A DNA stretch of 62,928 bases, filler included. It is 7 parts of 7 records of this genome, joined end to end, with 100 filler letters (N's around TTAATTAATTAA, not from the genome) between each part and the next. Parts side by side here need not be neighbours in the genome. Positions count along the whole stretch, not along the records: positions 37,477 to 43,088 come from SRR31147125_12302; positions 43,189 to 49,132 come from SRR31147125_12307; positions 49,233 to 62,928 come from SRR31147125_12315; 4 more parts are not named here. The stretch is one strand, 5' to 3'. This document shows, piece after piece, positions 42,001-53,858 of the stretch. The translations under genes were made by a program, and so were the position numbers. The notes under the pieces are model-generated. The model saw only the letters and a list, made by a program, of their open reading frames with translations. It did no database searches and was not told where the DNA came from. Each line of letters starts with the position of its first letter. Position 1 is the stretch's first letter.

Positions 42001-43088
42001 TTAATTTAAACTTGCTGCCATTGTGCTATCTTCAAATCTTTTTTTACCATCAAAATTCTCAAATAGTTCATCTTTTTGAGAATCATAAAGAAACACTATC
42101 TTTCCATTTTTCTCTAAATAAACTATCTTTCCATCTTTGATGTAATGGTTTCTTCTAATTACTTCTTCAAACTCATCTGCTTCCATATTTACCATTTCAA
42201 CTATTTTTCCCATTATTTCTAGTTCGAAAGAAGTTGAGATTTCCTTTTTATGAGGTTTACCATATTTATTTTGTCCTTTTATATATAAATTCTTATAGAA
42301 TTCTCTCAATGTAGAATTGTTTCTAGCCAAACTGTTAATTGATTGCATATGGTATCTAAAGAATTTTCTATATTCATTCATTACATTTGAATTATTATTA
42401 TAGTCATTCCAAGATGAATATTTCTCATCATAAAGTAGATCAACTTCCATGTCAGCAAATATCGATACTCCAGATTTTATTGGACTAATATCCTCTCGAA
42501 CGATATCTATTTCGTTTAAAATCATTGGATAATTAATTATATTAATTCCTTTTAACGATTCAAGTCTTTCAAGTAATTCCTCTACTGATAACAGATCTAT
42601 ATCTTCTAAAGTTATCGTCGACGAATAGTTTAAAACATAGTCACCATCGTTATTCTCATCATAAACTGATAGAATATAGTTTTCGATTTCATCCAATACT
42701 TCTGAGTCTCTGCCAATAAGGAATCTTTCAGTTTTGAATATAAAATCCTTATCATTATTTATAACAAGTAATTTTCCATTTTCGGTTGACCTTATAACAT
42801 ATTCCGAGGCCTTAGAAGAACTATTTTTTAAAACTCTATCCTCTATAATCACATATTCAAAACCAAAATCTGTTAAAGTTTTTCCAAGTTTTTCTGTCCA
42901 AATTCCACCCTCATTCCAAAAACCTGAAGGAGTAAAGTTAAACTCTTCTTTTAGTATTTTTTTATGTGCCTCTATCTGCCATTTATTACTCTCGTCATTG
43001 TTTGCGGCAACTACCGATTCAGAATAAGTTGTTCCTAAAAGTTCTAATTTGCCTGAATCAATTAAATTTTTAATTTTAATTATTAAGC
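42001..43088 (-). CDS. GH57-like (4-alpha-glucanotransferase/amylase fold) protein, 5'-truncated, catalytic motifs degenerate
   Basis: Frame is open upstream of 42852 to the contig edge: IDSGKLELLGTTYSE..QIEAHKKILKEEFNFTPSGFWNEGGIW..GFEYVIIED. Confidence 0.65.
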
Positions 43089-43188
43089 NNNNNNNNNNNN
43101 NNNNNNNNNNNNNNNNNNNNNNNNNNNNNNNNTTAATTAATTAANNNNNNNNNNNNNNNNNNNNNNNNNNNNNNNNNNNNNNNNNNNN
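43089..43188. other. Artificial contig linker
   Basis: 44 N + TTAATTAATTAA + 44 N. Confidence 0.98.
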
Positions 43189-43293
43189 GGGGTTTTAAAA
43201 TAACGTCTTTTTTTAGTGAACAAGCACCTATAAAGAGATATCCCAAAAGGAAAAATGATAATAAGAATATCTTTATTTTTTCTTGTCGTTTTT

Positions 43294-44295
43294 TCATAGC
43301 GCTATCAACTTTAATGATTTTAACCAGTCACTCAACAAAGATGACCAGTTACTCACAGGCCCTTTTCCATAGGTCAAGCCAAATCCATGCCCACCCTCAC
43401 GGTAAATATGAATTTCTGCCGAAACACCTGCTTTTTTCAATGCCAGATAATAACGGATGGCATTCTCAGTAGAAACAGGGTCATCATGGGCTTGAATCAT
43501 AAAAGTCGGTGGCGTATCTGCTGTGACATGCAAATCATTGGAAAATTCATCCATAAGATCCTGACTGGCATCTGGCCCCAGCAAGGTACTCCTTGATCCA
43601 CTATTCGTAACATCATCCTGCATCGTAATTACCGGATAAACAAGGATGGCAAAATCCGGTTTACAGCTGATAAAATCCTTGGCATCAACAATGGGATAGG
43701 CACTTTTTTCATAATGCGTTGCAACAGTTGAGGCCAGGTGTCCGCCTGCTGAGAAACCCATCACACCGATTTTCTGCGGATTGATGTTCCACTGAATGCT
43801 GTTGGCGCGAACAATTCGAATCGCGCGCTGTACATCCTGAAGAGGAACATATTCTCTGTTCACATGCCCTTCTCCGGGAAGTCGGTATTTGAGCACAAAA
43901 GCAGCCACACCCAAAGAGTTGAACCATTTTGCCACATCATGACCTTCTTTATCAATGGTGACATGATGGTAAGCACCACCCGGACAAATGACGACAGCGG
44001 CACCGGTTGCCTTTTCTTTATCCGGTAAATGCACGTAAATAGAAGGTTTTAAAATTTTAGTGACTGATCTATCATGCATTTCTGTTTTACTTCTTTCTAC
44101 AACCTCTTCCTGCAAATCCAGACTTTCAGATCCGGGTATAAAAGTCGGCCAGAGAAATACTTCATCTGGTTTCGTTTCAGCATATCCCGGGGATAACCAG
44201 GTAAAAACAAGTCCCATTGTCAGCAATATAACAACCATTTTCCAATTCAGCATGTTTAGACAAATCTTTTCCACAAGACAACTCCTTTCAAGCAT
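43294..44295 (-). CDS. Secreted alpha/beta hydrolase (BD-FAE/acetylxylan esterase-like); start possibly 44253
   Basis: CPGGAY, LKYRLP, GFSAGGHLA, HDDPV and GGHGFG motifs. Confidence 0.88.
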   Translation of the reverse strand: MLERSCLVEKICLNMLNWKMVVILLTMGLVFTWLSPGYAETKPDEVFLWPTFIPGSESLDLQEEVVERSKTEMHDRSVTKILKPSIYVHLPDKEKATGAAVVICPGGAYHHVTIDKEGHDVAKWFNSLGVAAFVLKYRLPGEGHVNREYVPLQDVQRAIRIVRANSIQWNINPQKIGVMGFSAGGHLASTVATHYEKSAYPIVDAKDFISCKPDFAILVYPVITMQDDVTNSGSRSTLLGPDASQDLMDEFSNDLHVTADTPPTFMIQAHDDPVSTENAIRYYLALKKAGVSAEIHIYREGGHGFGLTYGKGPVSNWSSLLSDWLKSLKLIAL

Positions 44296-44388
44296 TACTT
44301 TATACTATTCTATCAACTCGTACTATTTATTAACTATCAATCAGTAAATCCTGTAATTTTTCATTTCACATTCCACGTCAGCATTATT

Positions 44389-46293
44389 TTAGTATGGAAT
44401 TACCTCAATCATGGCTTCACACCATTCGCGTAACTCCATGTCATCACATGTCACGTCAGCTGTTATAATTGAAACACCCGTTTTAATTTCTTTTGGTATT
44501 GTTATTTTAAAAATCATCTTGCCTTCTGTGAGTGGCTTGACCTGGACAGAAGAGATAATTTGATCTGCTTTAAATCCGGCAGGTAAATTCATCTTTACCT
44601 CATAGTTTTTCTGCACTGACGAATGGTTGAAAATCGTGGCTGTGAGCTCAATAGTATCACCTGGTTTGGTTTTTTGTCCATATGGATAAAATTCAATCCA
44701 ACGCTCATCCACCCCATAGTTTGGATCATCCCAGGGAAAAAGATCTTTAAATAATATAGTGCGTTCCTGCAAAACCTCAGTCATGATATCCAGTTGTTCC
44801 CTGGAAAAAGAGAACAACTGCTTCATATGCTGATTGGACAGCAGCACAGATTCCGGGTATTTTTTCAGCACATCCAGACACAACAGATAACCCGTACCTG
44901 CATGAAGGAAATTTCGATTTTGCAGGCAATAATCATCGATTCCGGACGGAGTAAAAGAATCCCCTATAAAAAACACAGCCTCTTTGTCTTTTTCGAATAA
45001 AACAGCATCATGATACAGAGTTTGCCCCGGGAAAAAGTGAAATGTCAGGGTAAAATCCTTCCAACGCATCTTTTGACCATCCTCTACAATGGTCAAGTTG
45101 GAGATGGATTCGGTGGTCAGGCATGGTACATGATAGGCAGCGGGATGTTCAAGAATATCCTTTAATTCCCGGGTAACGTACACAGGACAGTCAAACTCTT
45201 TAACCACCTCGTTTATTTTATCTGTATGATCATCATGATAATGGGTGATAAAGAGTCCGTCCAGACTTTTTAATCGTCCTGTTTTTTTCCATTCCTTTAT
45301 CTTTTTTAAAGCGCCTTCAGTGCCACAATCTATTAAAAAGGCGGATCCATCATCGCTAAAAACAAGGTTCGTGTTAAAGATGTGTTTGTACCATGACGGT
45401 GGATGTCCCTCAATAACCTGTGAAAATGTCAATTTATTCACGGTTTTAGAATTGAGAACACGTTTTGATTGGATATCAAAGCGCTCCTGACCAAAATGCC
45501 AGTGTAAGGCGCTGATGGACAAATAGTTATCATAGGCTAAACGAACCCGTTCAATCAACATTTGAATGGCCAATTCGGGATTTTCGATAATGGGCCCACG
45601 CGCCGGTATAAGAATATCCGGTTTTTGCTCAGCCACAAGCTGCAAACTCTTGATCAGCTGCCCTAATCTGGCGGCATAACCATGATAGCCTCTTAATTTT
45701 GCTTCGGGAATAGCATCCTGAAAACTGTATAGATCGAGGATCTTTCCATCACCATAAATCAGGTCACCCACAAACGCCAGCTTTTTTCCATCCATGTTCG
45801 TAATGTAAGAAACCGCGTCTCTGGTGTATCCAGGTGTGTCCAGAACCTTGATATTCAGATCCTGCCACTTTAGAATATCTCCTCCCTGAACGGAATGAGT
45901 GACTTTTACAGGCTGAGCCACTATTTTTGTTGTCTGTTGATAATAATCATGAAATCGTTTTTGCGTAAAATGTGTCCAGAATGAATCCGGCCGGGTAAAA
46001 TATGTCCGTTCGCCCTTTGGAACAACAGCCTTTGCACCATTTAACACAAGTTGTCGTCCTGCCCAGACCACATCCCTTCTGCTATGCGTGAACAGGACCA
46101 TATCCACGTTTTTTATCTCATTTTCCGGATCACCATAAACCACCAATGTTTTTCCGTTTTTCTCGATAGAGACGCCATTTATTGCGCCCGGGCTGATGGT
46201 TACATGGGGGGTTATATTTTTAGTGCCGGAACAATGAAACATCATTAACAAAACCGGAAGTAATCCAGCAAAAACAATTAAATTTTTTAGCAT
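44389..46293 (-). CDS. Tandem metallo-beta-lactamase-fold hydrolase, probable lipoprotein
   Basis: Domain 1 FTHSRRD..TPGYT..GDLIY; domain 2 IDCG..THYHDDH..PGQTLYH..GDSF; C-terminal beta domain. Confidence 0.82.
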   Translation of the reverse strand: MLKNLIVFAGLLPVLLMMFHCSGTKNITPHVTISPGAINGVSIEKNGKTLVVYGDPENEIKNVDMVLFTHSRRDVVWAGRQLVLNGAKAVVPKGERTYFTRPDSFWTHFTQKRFHDYYQQTTKIVAQPVKVTHSVQGGDILKWQDLNIKVLDTPGYTRDAVSYITNMDGKKLAFVGDLIYGDGKILDLYSFQDAIPEAKLRGYHGYAARLGQLIKSLQLVAEQKPDILIPARGPIIENPELAIQMLIERVRLAYDNYLSISALHWHFGQERFDIQSKRVLNSKTVNKLTFSQVIEGHPPSWYKHIFNTNLVFSDDGSAFLIDCGTEGALKKIKEWKKTGRLKSLDGLFITHYHDDHTDKINEVVKEFDCPVYVTRELKDILEHPAAYHVPCLTTESISNLTIVEDGQKMRWKDFTLTFHFFPGQTLYHDAVLFEKDKEAVFFIGDSFTPSGIDDYCLQNRNFLHAGTGYLLCLDVLKKYPESVLLSNQHMKQLFSFSREQLDIMTEVLQERTILFKDLFPWDDPNYGVDERWIEFYPYGQKTKPGDTIELTATIFNHSSVQKNYEVKMNLPAGFKADQIISSVQVKPLTEGKMIFKITIPKEIKTGVSIITADVTCDDMELREWCEAMIEVIPY

Positions 46294-46723
46294 GAGGACA
46301 ACAGGCTCCTTTGTTTTGGATCATGTTTTTTTATTAAATTTATTCCAGACACAGCGGGAAAAGTACATTTCTTCAATACTCATTTCCTAATAACCATCCA
46401 AAACATGGCTCTAAAGGAAACGACTGATTGCTTTTCATAAGGAAGGTATATAATTAAAAAATATAATACACAAGGGTGAGGGAATCAACTTATATTTGTT
46501 AAATTATTTTATTAGCAATGGTACGTTTTTCAAACGGCGTAGGCGTTGTGCCAGGCATCCTCATATTTTCTGAATAGATGGCAAAAAAAATTATAAAGAT
46601 TTCACAAGAGCCCTTATTCTACTGGAAGAGATTTAACTGTAACAACTTTTGAGTATCACTCGTAGATTATAGTTGTAATCTTTCTGATATTTTAAGGAAT
46701 ATCAATTTGAAAGGGAAATAGCT

Positions 46724-48980
46724 ATGAAGCTCTCCCGACTATTTTTAATCATCTTGACAATCTTCATGTTTTCTGTTCTCCATTCGCTATCATTAATCGG
46801 ACAAACAATGGGTAACGCTGACTATGGCTCAGGCACAGTTGAAGACCCATATCTTGTTCCAAAGACCGTGTCAGCGATCGTAGTTGATGCCGTTCTGGAC
46901 GAAGCAACATGGCAAAAGGCTCTTATGTTGGAATTGAAATATGAAGTTCGGCCCGGAGAGAACGTGGCACCGCCGGTACACACAGAAGTTCTTCTCACAT
47001 ACAATGAAAATAATTTTTATGCTGCCTTTCGCTGTTATGATTCTGATCCAAAAGCCGTTAGAGCACACTTACGAGATCGAGATACAGTAGGTGGGGACGA
47101 CTGGATCGGTCTTATCCTTGATACTTTCAATGATGAGCGACGGAGCTTTGATTTCATCGTAACAGCGCAGGGAGTGCAATTTGATGAGATCGAAACCGAA
47201 AACGACGAAGATCCTGGCTGGGATGCAATTTGGGATTGTGCCAGCAAAATTACGGATTGGGGCTATGCCGTGGAAATTGCGATCCCCTTTTCATCATTTC
47301 GTTTCCAGCGAAAAGAGGGACCACAGGTATGGGGACTCGATGCGGTACGCCGTTATCCTCGCGAGCACGCCTACCATATCGGGCTTTTCCCCAGGGACCG
47401 CAGCAACAACTGCTATCTCTGCCAGGCTGTCAAAATAAAAGGATTCGAAGGTGCCAGTCCTGGTCGCAATATTGAGTTTGATCCTACAGTCATCGGCTTC
47501 CGTTCAGAGAATCGAAAAGATTTTCCGCATGGAAATCTTGAAAAGCAGAGCCAGGAAACTGAATTTGGGCTGACCGCACGCTGGGGATTAACTCCAAACC
47601 TGACAACAAATTTCACCATAAATCCTGATTTCAGCCAGGTCGAGGCTGATGCCCAACAACTCGACATCAACGAACCTTTTGCACTTTTTTTCCTGAAAGG
47701 CGACCTTTTTTTACAGAAGGAGCTGACTTTTTTAGCGCATTAGAAAGTATTATTTATACACGAACCATGCGCAATCCATCATGGGGTCTCAAGCTAACCG
47801 GCAAAGAAGGAGCCAACACAATCGGTGCGTACATGGTCCATGACGAGATAACAAATCTCATCCTCCCAGAGAGTCAGAGGTCCAACTCGACTTCACTGGA
47901 TATGGCAAACACGTCCTCTGTGTTTCGCTACAAACGAGACTTTGGCAGTAGATATACTGTCGGCCTTTTAGGAACAGACAGGGAAGCTAATAATTATTTC
48001 AACAGAGTATTCGGATTCGACCTGGACTTCCGTTTCACAACGACAGATCAAATCCAATTGCTGGTCCTTGGTTCCAGTACAAAGTATCCGGTTAATGTCG
48101 TAGATAATTTCGATCAACCTTCCGGATCTTTTAGTGATAGACTCATATCATTCGAGTACGATCATGACACCAGAACCTGGGGCTGGTGGGCAGATTACGA
48201 AGAAGCCGGTCCGGAATTTCGTGCTGATCTTGGTTATTATCCCAGAGTCGGGTATCGCAATGTTGAAGGTGGATTGCTTCACACCTGGAATGCAGATCCG
48301 GGTTCGTGGTGGTCACGGTTCAGAGTAGGCAGTGAATTAATTTATTATGAAGAACAGGGTGGAAAGCTGCTGAACAAGCGAGCCTCACTCTGGTTTTATT
48401 ACAGAGGGACCATGCAATCCGATCTCTTCATAGGAGGCTGGAAAACCAGGGAAGCCTATTTAAATCGTGAATTCGATATGACGTACTTTCATGTTGAAGG
48501 TGATTTTTGGCCAACTAGCAATCTGGAGTTGGATGCGTCTATCAAATTTGGAGATCAAATCGACTATGCCAACACACGAATTGGCAAGAGGCAAAGAGTT
48601 AATCCCAGGTTAACCTACAATATTGGCAAGCATCTGCGTCTTTCCCTTGACCATACTTTTGAGAAGATGACCGTTCAGCAAAAACGCCTGTACACTGCGA
48701 ATATCAGCCAGGTAACCGCTATCTACCAATTCAACGTTCGCACTTTTTCCGGACGATATTTCAATATGTGAATTATGACTATAATACAAGTCTTTACACT
48801 TTTGATATAGACTCGGAAGACAAGCGTTTTTTTAGTCAGCTCTTGTTCTCCTACAAGATGAATCCTCGCACCATGCTCTTCCTCGGATATACTGATAATT
48901 ATTTTGGCAGTCAGGAGTTCCGATTAACTCAATCCAACAGGACCTTCTTTATCAAGTTAGGCTATGCCTGGGTACTTTAG
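46724..48980 (+). CDS. CBM9-like + DUF5916 outer-membrane protein; two homopolymer frameshifts
   Basis: NPDFSQVEAD..FALFFPERRPFFTEGADFF after adding one T at 47685-47691; second T added at 48744-48748; ends FIKLGYAWVL. Confidence 0.85.
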
Positions 48981-49132
48981 ATGAAAAATAAATTACCTGA
49001 AAATACAGACCAACTCTAATGAGGCATCAGAATGCAACTTGAACACCGCCTGGTTGGCGCTCAGGATCGACAAAGCATGCTAATGAATTCATCAATTTAC
49101 ATGATAATATTTTATAGCTCAGAAAATACTCT

Positions 49133-49232
49133 NNNNNNNNNNNNNNNNNNNNNNNNNNNNNNNNNNNNNNNNNNNNTTAATTAATTAANNNNNNNNNNNN
49201 NNNNNNNNNNNNNNNNNNNNNNNNNNNNNNNN
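49133..49232. other. Artificial contig linker
   Basis: 44 N + TTAATTAATTAA + 44 N. Confidence 0.98.
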
Positions 49233-49535
49233 AAGGGAATTAAAACAATGAACCTGACGGATAAAACCGGTAGTTTAATTGCCGTTAAGAGAGTAACTGA
49301 TAATGATGATATTATGATTATCACAAAATCAGGATTAACAATCCGACTCTCAGCAGCAGATATTCGGGTGTTAGGTAGGGCAACGCAAGGTGTTAGGTTG
49401 ATTAATTTAAGAAATGAAGATCAGATAGCAGGTGTAGCCAGGGTAGATGCCCAGGAATTACCAGAAGAAATGGTAGGAGAAGGAGAAGAGCTTGATAACA
49501 ACGAAAACGAAACACCTGAGGAAAGTAAAGAGTAA
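49233..49535 (+). CDS. gyrA: DNA gyrase subunit A, C-terminal fragment
   Basis: KGIKTMNLTDKTG..GRATQGVRLI beta-pinwheel blades and acidic tail. Confidence 0.9.
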   Translation, partial: KGIKTMNLTDKTGSLIAVKRVTDNDDIMIITKSGLTIRLSAADIRVLGRATQGVRLINLRNEDQIAGVARVDAQELPEEMVGEGEELDNNENETPEESKE

Positions 49536-49643
49536 TATGTTTATTAAGACTTAATATAAAAATAAACAAAACTTTTGGCAATATTTTTGAATATTGCTTA
49601 GAAAGCATATAATTTGCAATTTAAAATTTAAAATTCATAGATA

Positions 49644-50953
49644 ATGAAACGATTTGGTATATCATTAATTTTACTGTTAGCATTAATAATAAGGGTGGAT
49701 GCACAGACGACTGCCGTTACATCGCTTAATTATAATGCACTTGAGAAGAAACTTGTTAAAAGCGATGAGGATATTCAAAATCCTAAAAAGAACACCAAAG
49801 CAAAAACCTGGTTAATGCGAGGCGAATTATTTCAAGATATTAACGATGTGAATATTGAATTCTTAAGACCTGACATGCAGTTAACAGAGCTTAATATTTA
49901 TTTTCCTGACGAACCAAAAGAAATTAAGACTGAAACAGGAGATGATGGTATTACAAGAGAAACCCACGTTCATGAAAGAATTAATCTTATTGTTGAAAAT
50001 GGTGTTTTAAAATCTTGGGAAGAGACTCAGGTAATTCATGAAGAGCCTTTAAAAATGGCATTAGAAGCATTCATAAAAACAAACGAACTCGATTCTGATA
50101 ATAAATTGGAAAAAAACCTGCTGGAATCATTACAAAGATTAAAAAGCAAGCAGAAACAAAAGGTATCATGGCATTTACATCTCAAGATTATAAAAATGCG
50201 CACAGATACTTTGATTTATGCGCTAAAACAGGACAGCAAGATGTTTTTGAAGGAGGAATTGATACTGTAATTTATTACAATGCAGGTTTAGCGGCAGTAA
50301 ATGCTAAAATGCACGATGAAGCTATCAAATACTTCCAACTCGCTAAAAAATATAACTATGGCGGTGAGAATTTATATTACTATTTGAAAAATGTATATAT
50401 TGAAAAGGGAGATTCTGCTAATGCCGAAAAAACCCTCCAAGAAGGTTTCAAGAATTTGGGAAGTAACTTAATGGTTTTTGAACTTATCAATTTTTACCTA
50501 ACACAAGGTAAATCAGTTGAAGCTCTTGAATATCTAAAATTAGGACTTGAATCAGATCCTTCAAACAAAACATTATATTTTGCATTAGGTACAACATACG
50601 ATCAGTTAGATAACAAAGAAGAAGCTTTAAAAGCATACAAAAAAGCAATTGAATTAGATAATACTTATTACGATGCTTACTACAATCTTGGTGTAATGTA
50701 TTATAACACTGCTGTTGAATTATACAAACAAGCGAATAATGAAACAGATAATGAAAAATATAATGCATTAAGAAACGAAGCTGATGAAGTATTAAAAAAT
50801 GCTGTTGAACCAATGGAACGTGCCAGCGAAATTGAAGGTGGTAAAGTAGAAGTTTGGGAAACGTTAAAAACTATCTACTACCGTTTACAAATGGAAGATA
50901 AAAGACAAGCTGCCGAAGCAAAAGTGCAAGAACTTACTGGCGCAGCACAATAA
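49644..50953 (+). CDS. Secreted TPR protein downstream of gyrA; frameshift at 50141-50145
   Basis: Signal peptide; one extra A gives LKKQAETKGIMAFT; TPR motifs (YYNAG, YFALG, YYNLG). Confidence 0.85.
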
Positions 50954-50973
50954 TACCAGAAAATATTAACTTT

Positions 50974-51005
50974 AAAGGGTACTTATTTCTAAGTACCCTT
51001 TTTTT
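50974..51005 (+). terminator. Rho-independent terminator
   Basis: AAAGGGTACTTA-TTTC-TAAGTACCCTTT followed by a T tract. Confidence 0.88.
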
Positions 51006-51021
51006 ATTTAATTATGTTACC

Positions 51022-51975
51022 ATGAAAATAGTTGTTCTCGATGGTTATACGTTAAATCCGGGTGATTTAAAATGGGATGAGCTTAGCAACCTTGGGTCTT
51101 GTGAAATTTACGATAGAACAAGCAATGATTTAACAATCTCCAGAGCCAGTGATGCAGAAATAATTCTTACAAACAAAACAAATATCCCAAGAGAAGTAAT
51201 TGAAAGTTTGCCAAAATTAAAATACATTGGAGTTTTGGCAACAGGTTATAATGTTGTTGATATTGAGTCAGCTAAAGATAATGGTATTGTTGTTACAAAT
51301 ATACCTTCTTACAGTACACCATCAGTTGCCCAGATGGTTTTTTCCCATGTTTTAAATCTTAGCCAACGGTTTGTTGAGCATTCTGTTGAAGTAAAAAAAG
51401 GCAAATGGGCAAAAAGTATAGATTTTTGTTACTGGGATTATCCCCTTATTGAACTAAAGGGATTAACATTTGGAATTGTTGGGGCGGGAAGAATTGGACA
51501 AGCAACAGCAAAATTAGCAATGGCATTCGATATGAATGTTTTGGCATATGCACCAAGAAGGCCAAAATCCTTATTAGAAGGTATTAAGCTGACTACACTA
51601 GAAGAATTACTCGGGCAAAGTGATGTTGTAAGCCTGCATTGTCCGTTAAATAAAGAAACAGATAAGTTAATAAATGGGACTAGTTTAGGATTAATGAAAT
51701 CATCTGCTTTTCTTATAAATACCGGGAGAGGAGCATTAATTGATGAAGAGGCACTGGCCAAAGCACTAAATACATCAAAAATTGCCGGAGCAGGACTTGA
51801 TGTGTTATCCACAGAGCCACCAGCCCCTAATAATCCTTTATTATCTGCTAACAATTGTTATATCACACCGCATATTGCATGGGCAACAAAAGAATCTCGT
51901 TCACGACTTATGCAAATTGCAGTAAATAACGTTAAGGAATTTCTTAATGGTAGTCCGATTAACGTTATTTCTTAG
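51022..51975 (+). CDS. D-2-hydroxyacid dehydrogenase (glycerate dehydrogenase/HprA-like)
   Basis: VLDGYTLNPGD, GAGRIG, SLHCP, INTGRG and TPHIAW motifs. Confidence 0.93.
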   Translation: MKIVVLDGYTLNPGDLKWDELSNLGSCEIYDRTSNDLTISRASDAEIILTNKTNIPREVIESLPKLKYIGVLATGYNVVDIESAKDNGIVVTNIPSYSTPSVAQMVFSHVLNLSQRFVEHSVEVKKGKWAKSIDFCYWDYPLIELKGLTFGIVGAGRIGQATAKLAMAFDMNVLAYAPRRPKSLLEGIKLTTLEELLGQSDVVSLHCPLNKETDKLINGTSLGLMKSSAFLINTGRGALIDEEALAKALNTSKIAGAGLDVLSTEPPAPNNPLLSANNCYITPHIAWATKESRSRLMQIAVNNVKEFLNGSPINVIS

Positions 51976-52099
51976 AGGTTACTTTTAATGTGCTATAAGA
52001 CATTAATATTTAGTTAATAAAAATGATTGGTTTTTATCGAATGTTCATTTCGTTTTTCTTTTCTTTACTCTGGATATTTAAACTAACTCTTCACAAATC

Positions 52100-53569
52100 A
52101 TGAAAAAGAATATTTTGTTATTGCCATTACTGGTTTTCATTCTAATCTTTCAAAGCTGCACAAACAATCAAAAAAAGGATGAAAAGAATACTGAAACAAA
52201 ACCTAATGTAATATTTATACTTGCGGATGATCTGGGTTATGGTGATCTGGGGTGTTATGGTCAAACTAAATTCGAAACGCCGAATATAGATAAACTTGCC
52301 GCCGAGGGGTTACTTTTTACCCAACATTATAGCGGAAGCACTGTTTGCGCACCTTCTCGGGCTTCATTAATGACCGGCCTTCACACCGGCCATACATATG
52401 TGAGAGGGAATAAATCTTTTAGTGATGAAAATGGTGTGAGGCTTGAAGGACAATTTCCGTTAGCAGATTCTATTGTTACTGTTGCTGAATTGTTTAAAGA
52501 TGCAGGGTATGCAACTGGAATGTTCGGAAAATGGGGATTGGGAGCAATTGGTTCATCAGGAGAACCTGGTAAACAAGGATTTGATGAGTTTTTTGGTTTT
52601 GCGTGCCAGGGTCTGGCGCACAGGTATTATCCTACACATCTATGGCATAACACCGAGAAAATAATTCTGGAAGGTAACGACGGAATTAATACTGTAGAAT
52701 ACTCAAACGAACACATTCAAAAAGAAGCTCTTAAGTTTATTAAAGAAAATAAAGATAATCCATTTTTTATGTTTGTCCCAACAGCGATACCACATGCAGA
52801 GCTCATTGTTCCTGATGATGAAATCTATGCTAAATATGAAGGTAAGTTTGAAGAAACACCTTGGGAAGGAAATGGTTATGGTGAAGATTATAACCCATGG
52901 AGATATTGCAGCCAGGAAAAACCAAGAGCAACATTTGCTGCCATGGTACACCGATTGGATAAAAATGTTGGAGAAATCAAGAATTTACTTGAAGAATTAG
53001 GAATTGCAGAAAATACTTTGATATTATTTTCCAGTGATAATGGCCCGCATATAGAGGGTGGGGCAGATCCTGATTTTTTTGATAGTAATGGACCTCTTAA
53101 AGGCTATAAAAGAGACTTATATGAAGGTGGGGTAAGGGTTCCTACAATTGCTTACTGGTCTTCGAAAATAAAAACAGGCGCAAAAACTGATCATATATCT
53201 GCATTTTGGGATTTCTTGCCTACAGTAATGGAAATTGCAGGTGGAGAAGTTCCTTCAAATATTGATGGAATTTCATTTTTGCCAACATTGCTTGGCGATT
53301 CGGCAAATCAAAAAGAACATGAATACCTATATTGGGAATTTCATGAGAAAAATAAACGGCAGGCAATACGAATGGGGAATTGGAAAGGTGTTCGATACGA
53401 TATAGCAATAAAACCAGATGCCGAACTTGAACTATACGATCTTTCAAAAGATATAGGAGAGGAGAATAATATTGCCGATGCACATCCTGAAATTGTTAAC
53501 GTATTAAAAGAGAAACTCAAAGACGCAAGAACTGTTGATCCGAACTGGAAATTTTTTAATGAAGAATAA
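52100..53569 (+). CDS. Formylglycine-dependent (S1) sulfatase, Cys-type, lipoprotein
   Basis: ILADDLG, CAPSR, GKWGLG, SDNG and YEGGVRVP motifs; lipobox FQSC. Confidence 0.95.
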   Translation: MKKNILLLPLLVFILIFQSCTNNQKKDEKNTETKPNVIFILADDLGYGDLGCYGQTKFETPNIDKLAAEGLLFTQHYSGSTVCAPSRASLMTGLHTGHTYVRGNKSFSDENGVRLEGQFPLADSIVTVAELFKDAGYATGMFGKWGLGAIGSSGEPGKQGFDEFFGFACQGLAHRYYPTHLWHNTEKIILEGNDGINTVEYSNEHIQKEALKFIKENKDNPFFMFVPTAIPHAELIVPDDEIYAKYEGKFEETPWEGNGYGEDYNPWRYCSQEKPRATFAAMVHRLDKNVGEIKNLLEELGIAENTLILFSSDNGPHIEGGADPDFFDSNGPLKGYKRDLYEGGVRVPTIAYWSSKIKTGAKTDHISAFWDFLPTVMEIAGGEVPSNIDGISFLPTLLGDSANQKEHEYLYWEFHEKNKRQAIRMGNWKGVRYDIAIKPDAELELYDLSKDIGEENNIADAHPEIVNVLKEKLKDARTVDPNWKFFNEE

Positions 53570-53590
53570 GAATTAAAATTGAATATTTAG

Positions 53591-53626
53591 AAAAGACGAG
53601 GTTGGTACTGCTAACCTCGTTTTTTT
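53591..53626 (+). terminator. Rho-independent terminator
   Basis: GACGAGGTTGGT-ACT-GCTAACCTCGTT followed by a T tract. Confidence 0.85.
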
Positions 53627-53858
53627 ATGCCTGCATATTACCTAAATATATTATAATCCTGGCGCCATGATAAAAATCATAATCAATTAACACTTTGATT
53701 ATCAAAATATTTAATTGTTTGATGAATGTGTTACTAAAATATGCCAAAAATAATACAGTAATAATAATCAATAAATATTATCATTACACTTTCATATTAT
53801 AAGTTGTATTAAGCTATTTAAATCAAAAAATAAAATATTAATCATTTAAACTTTTACC

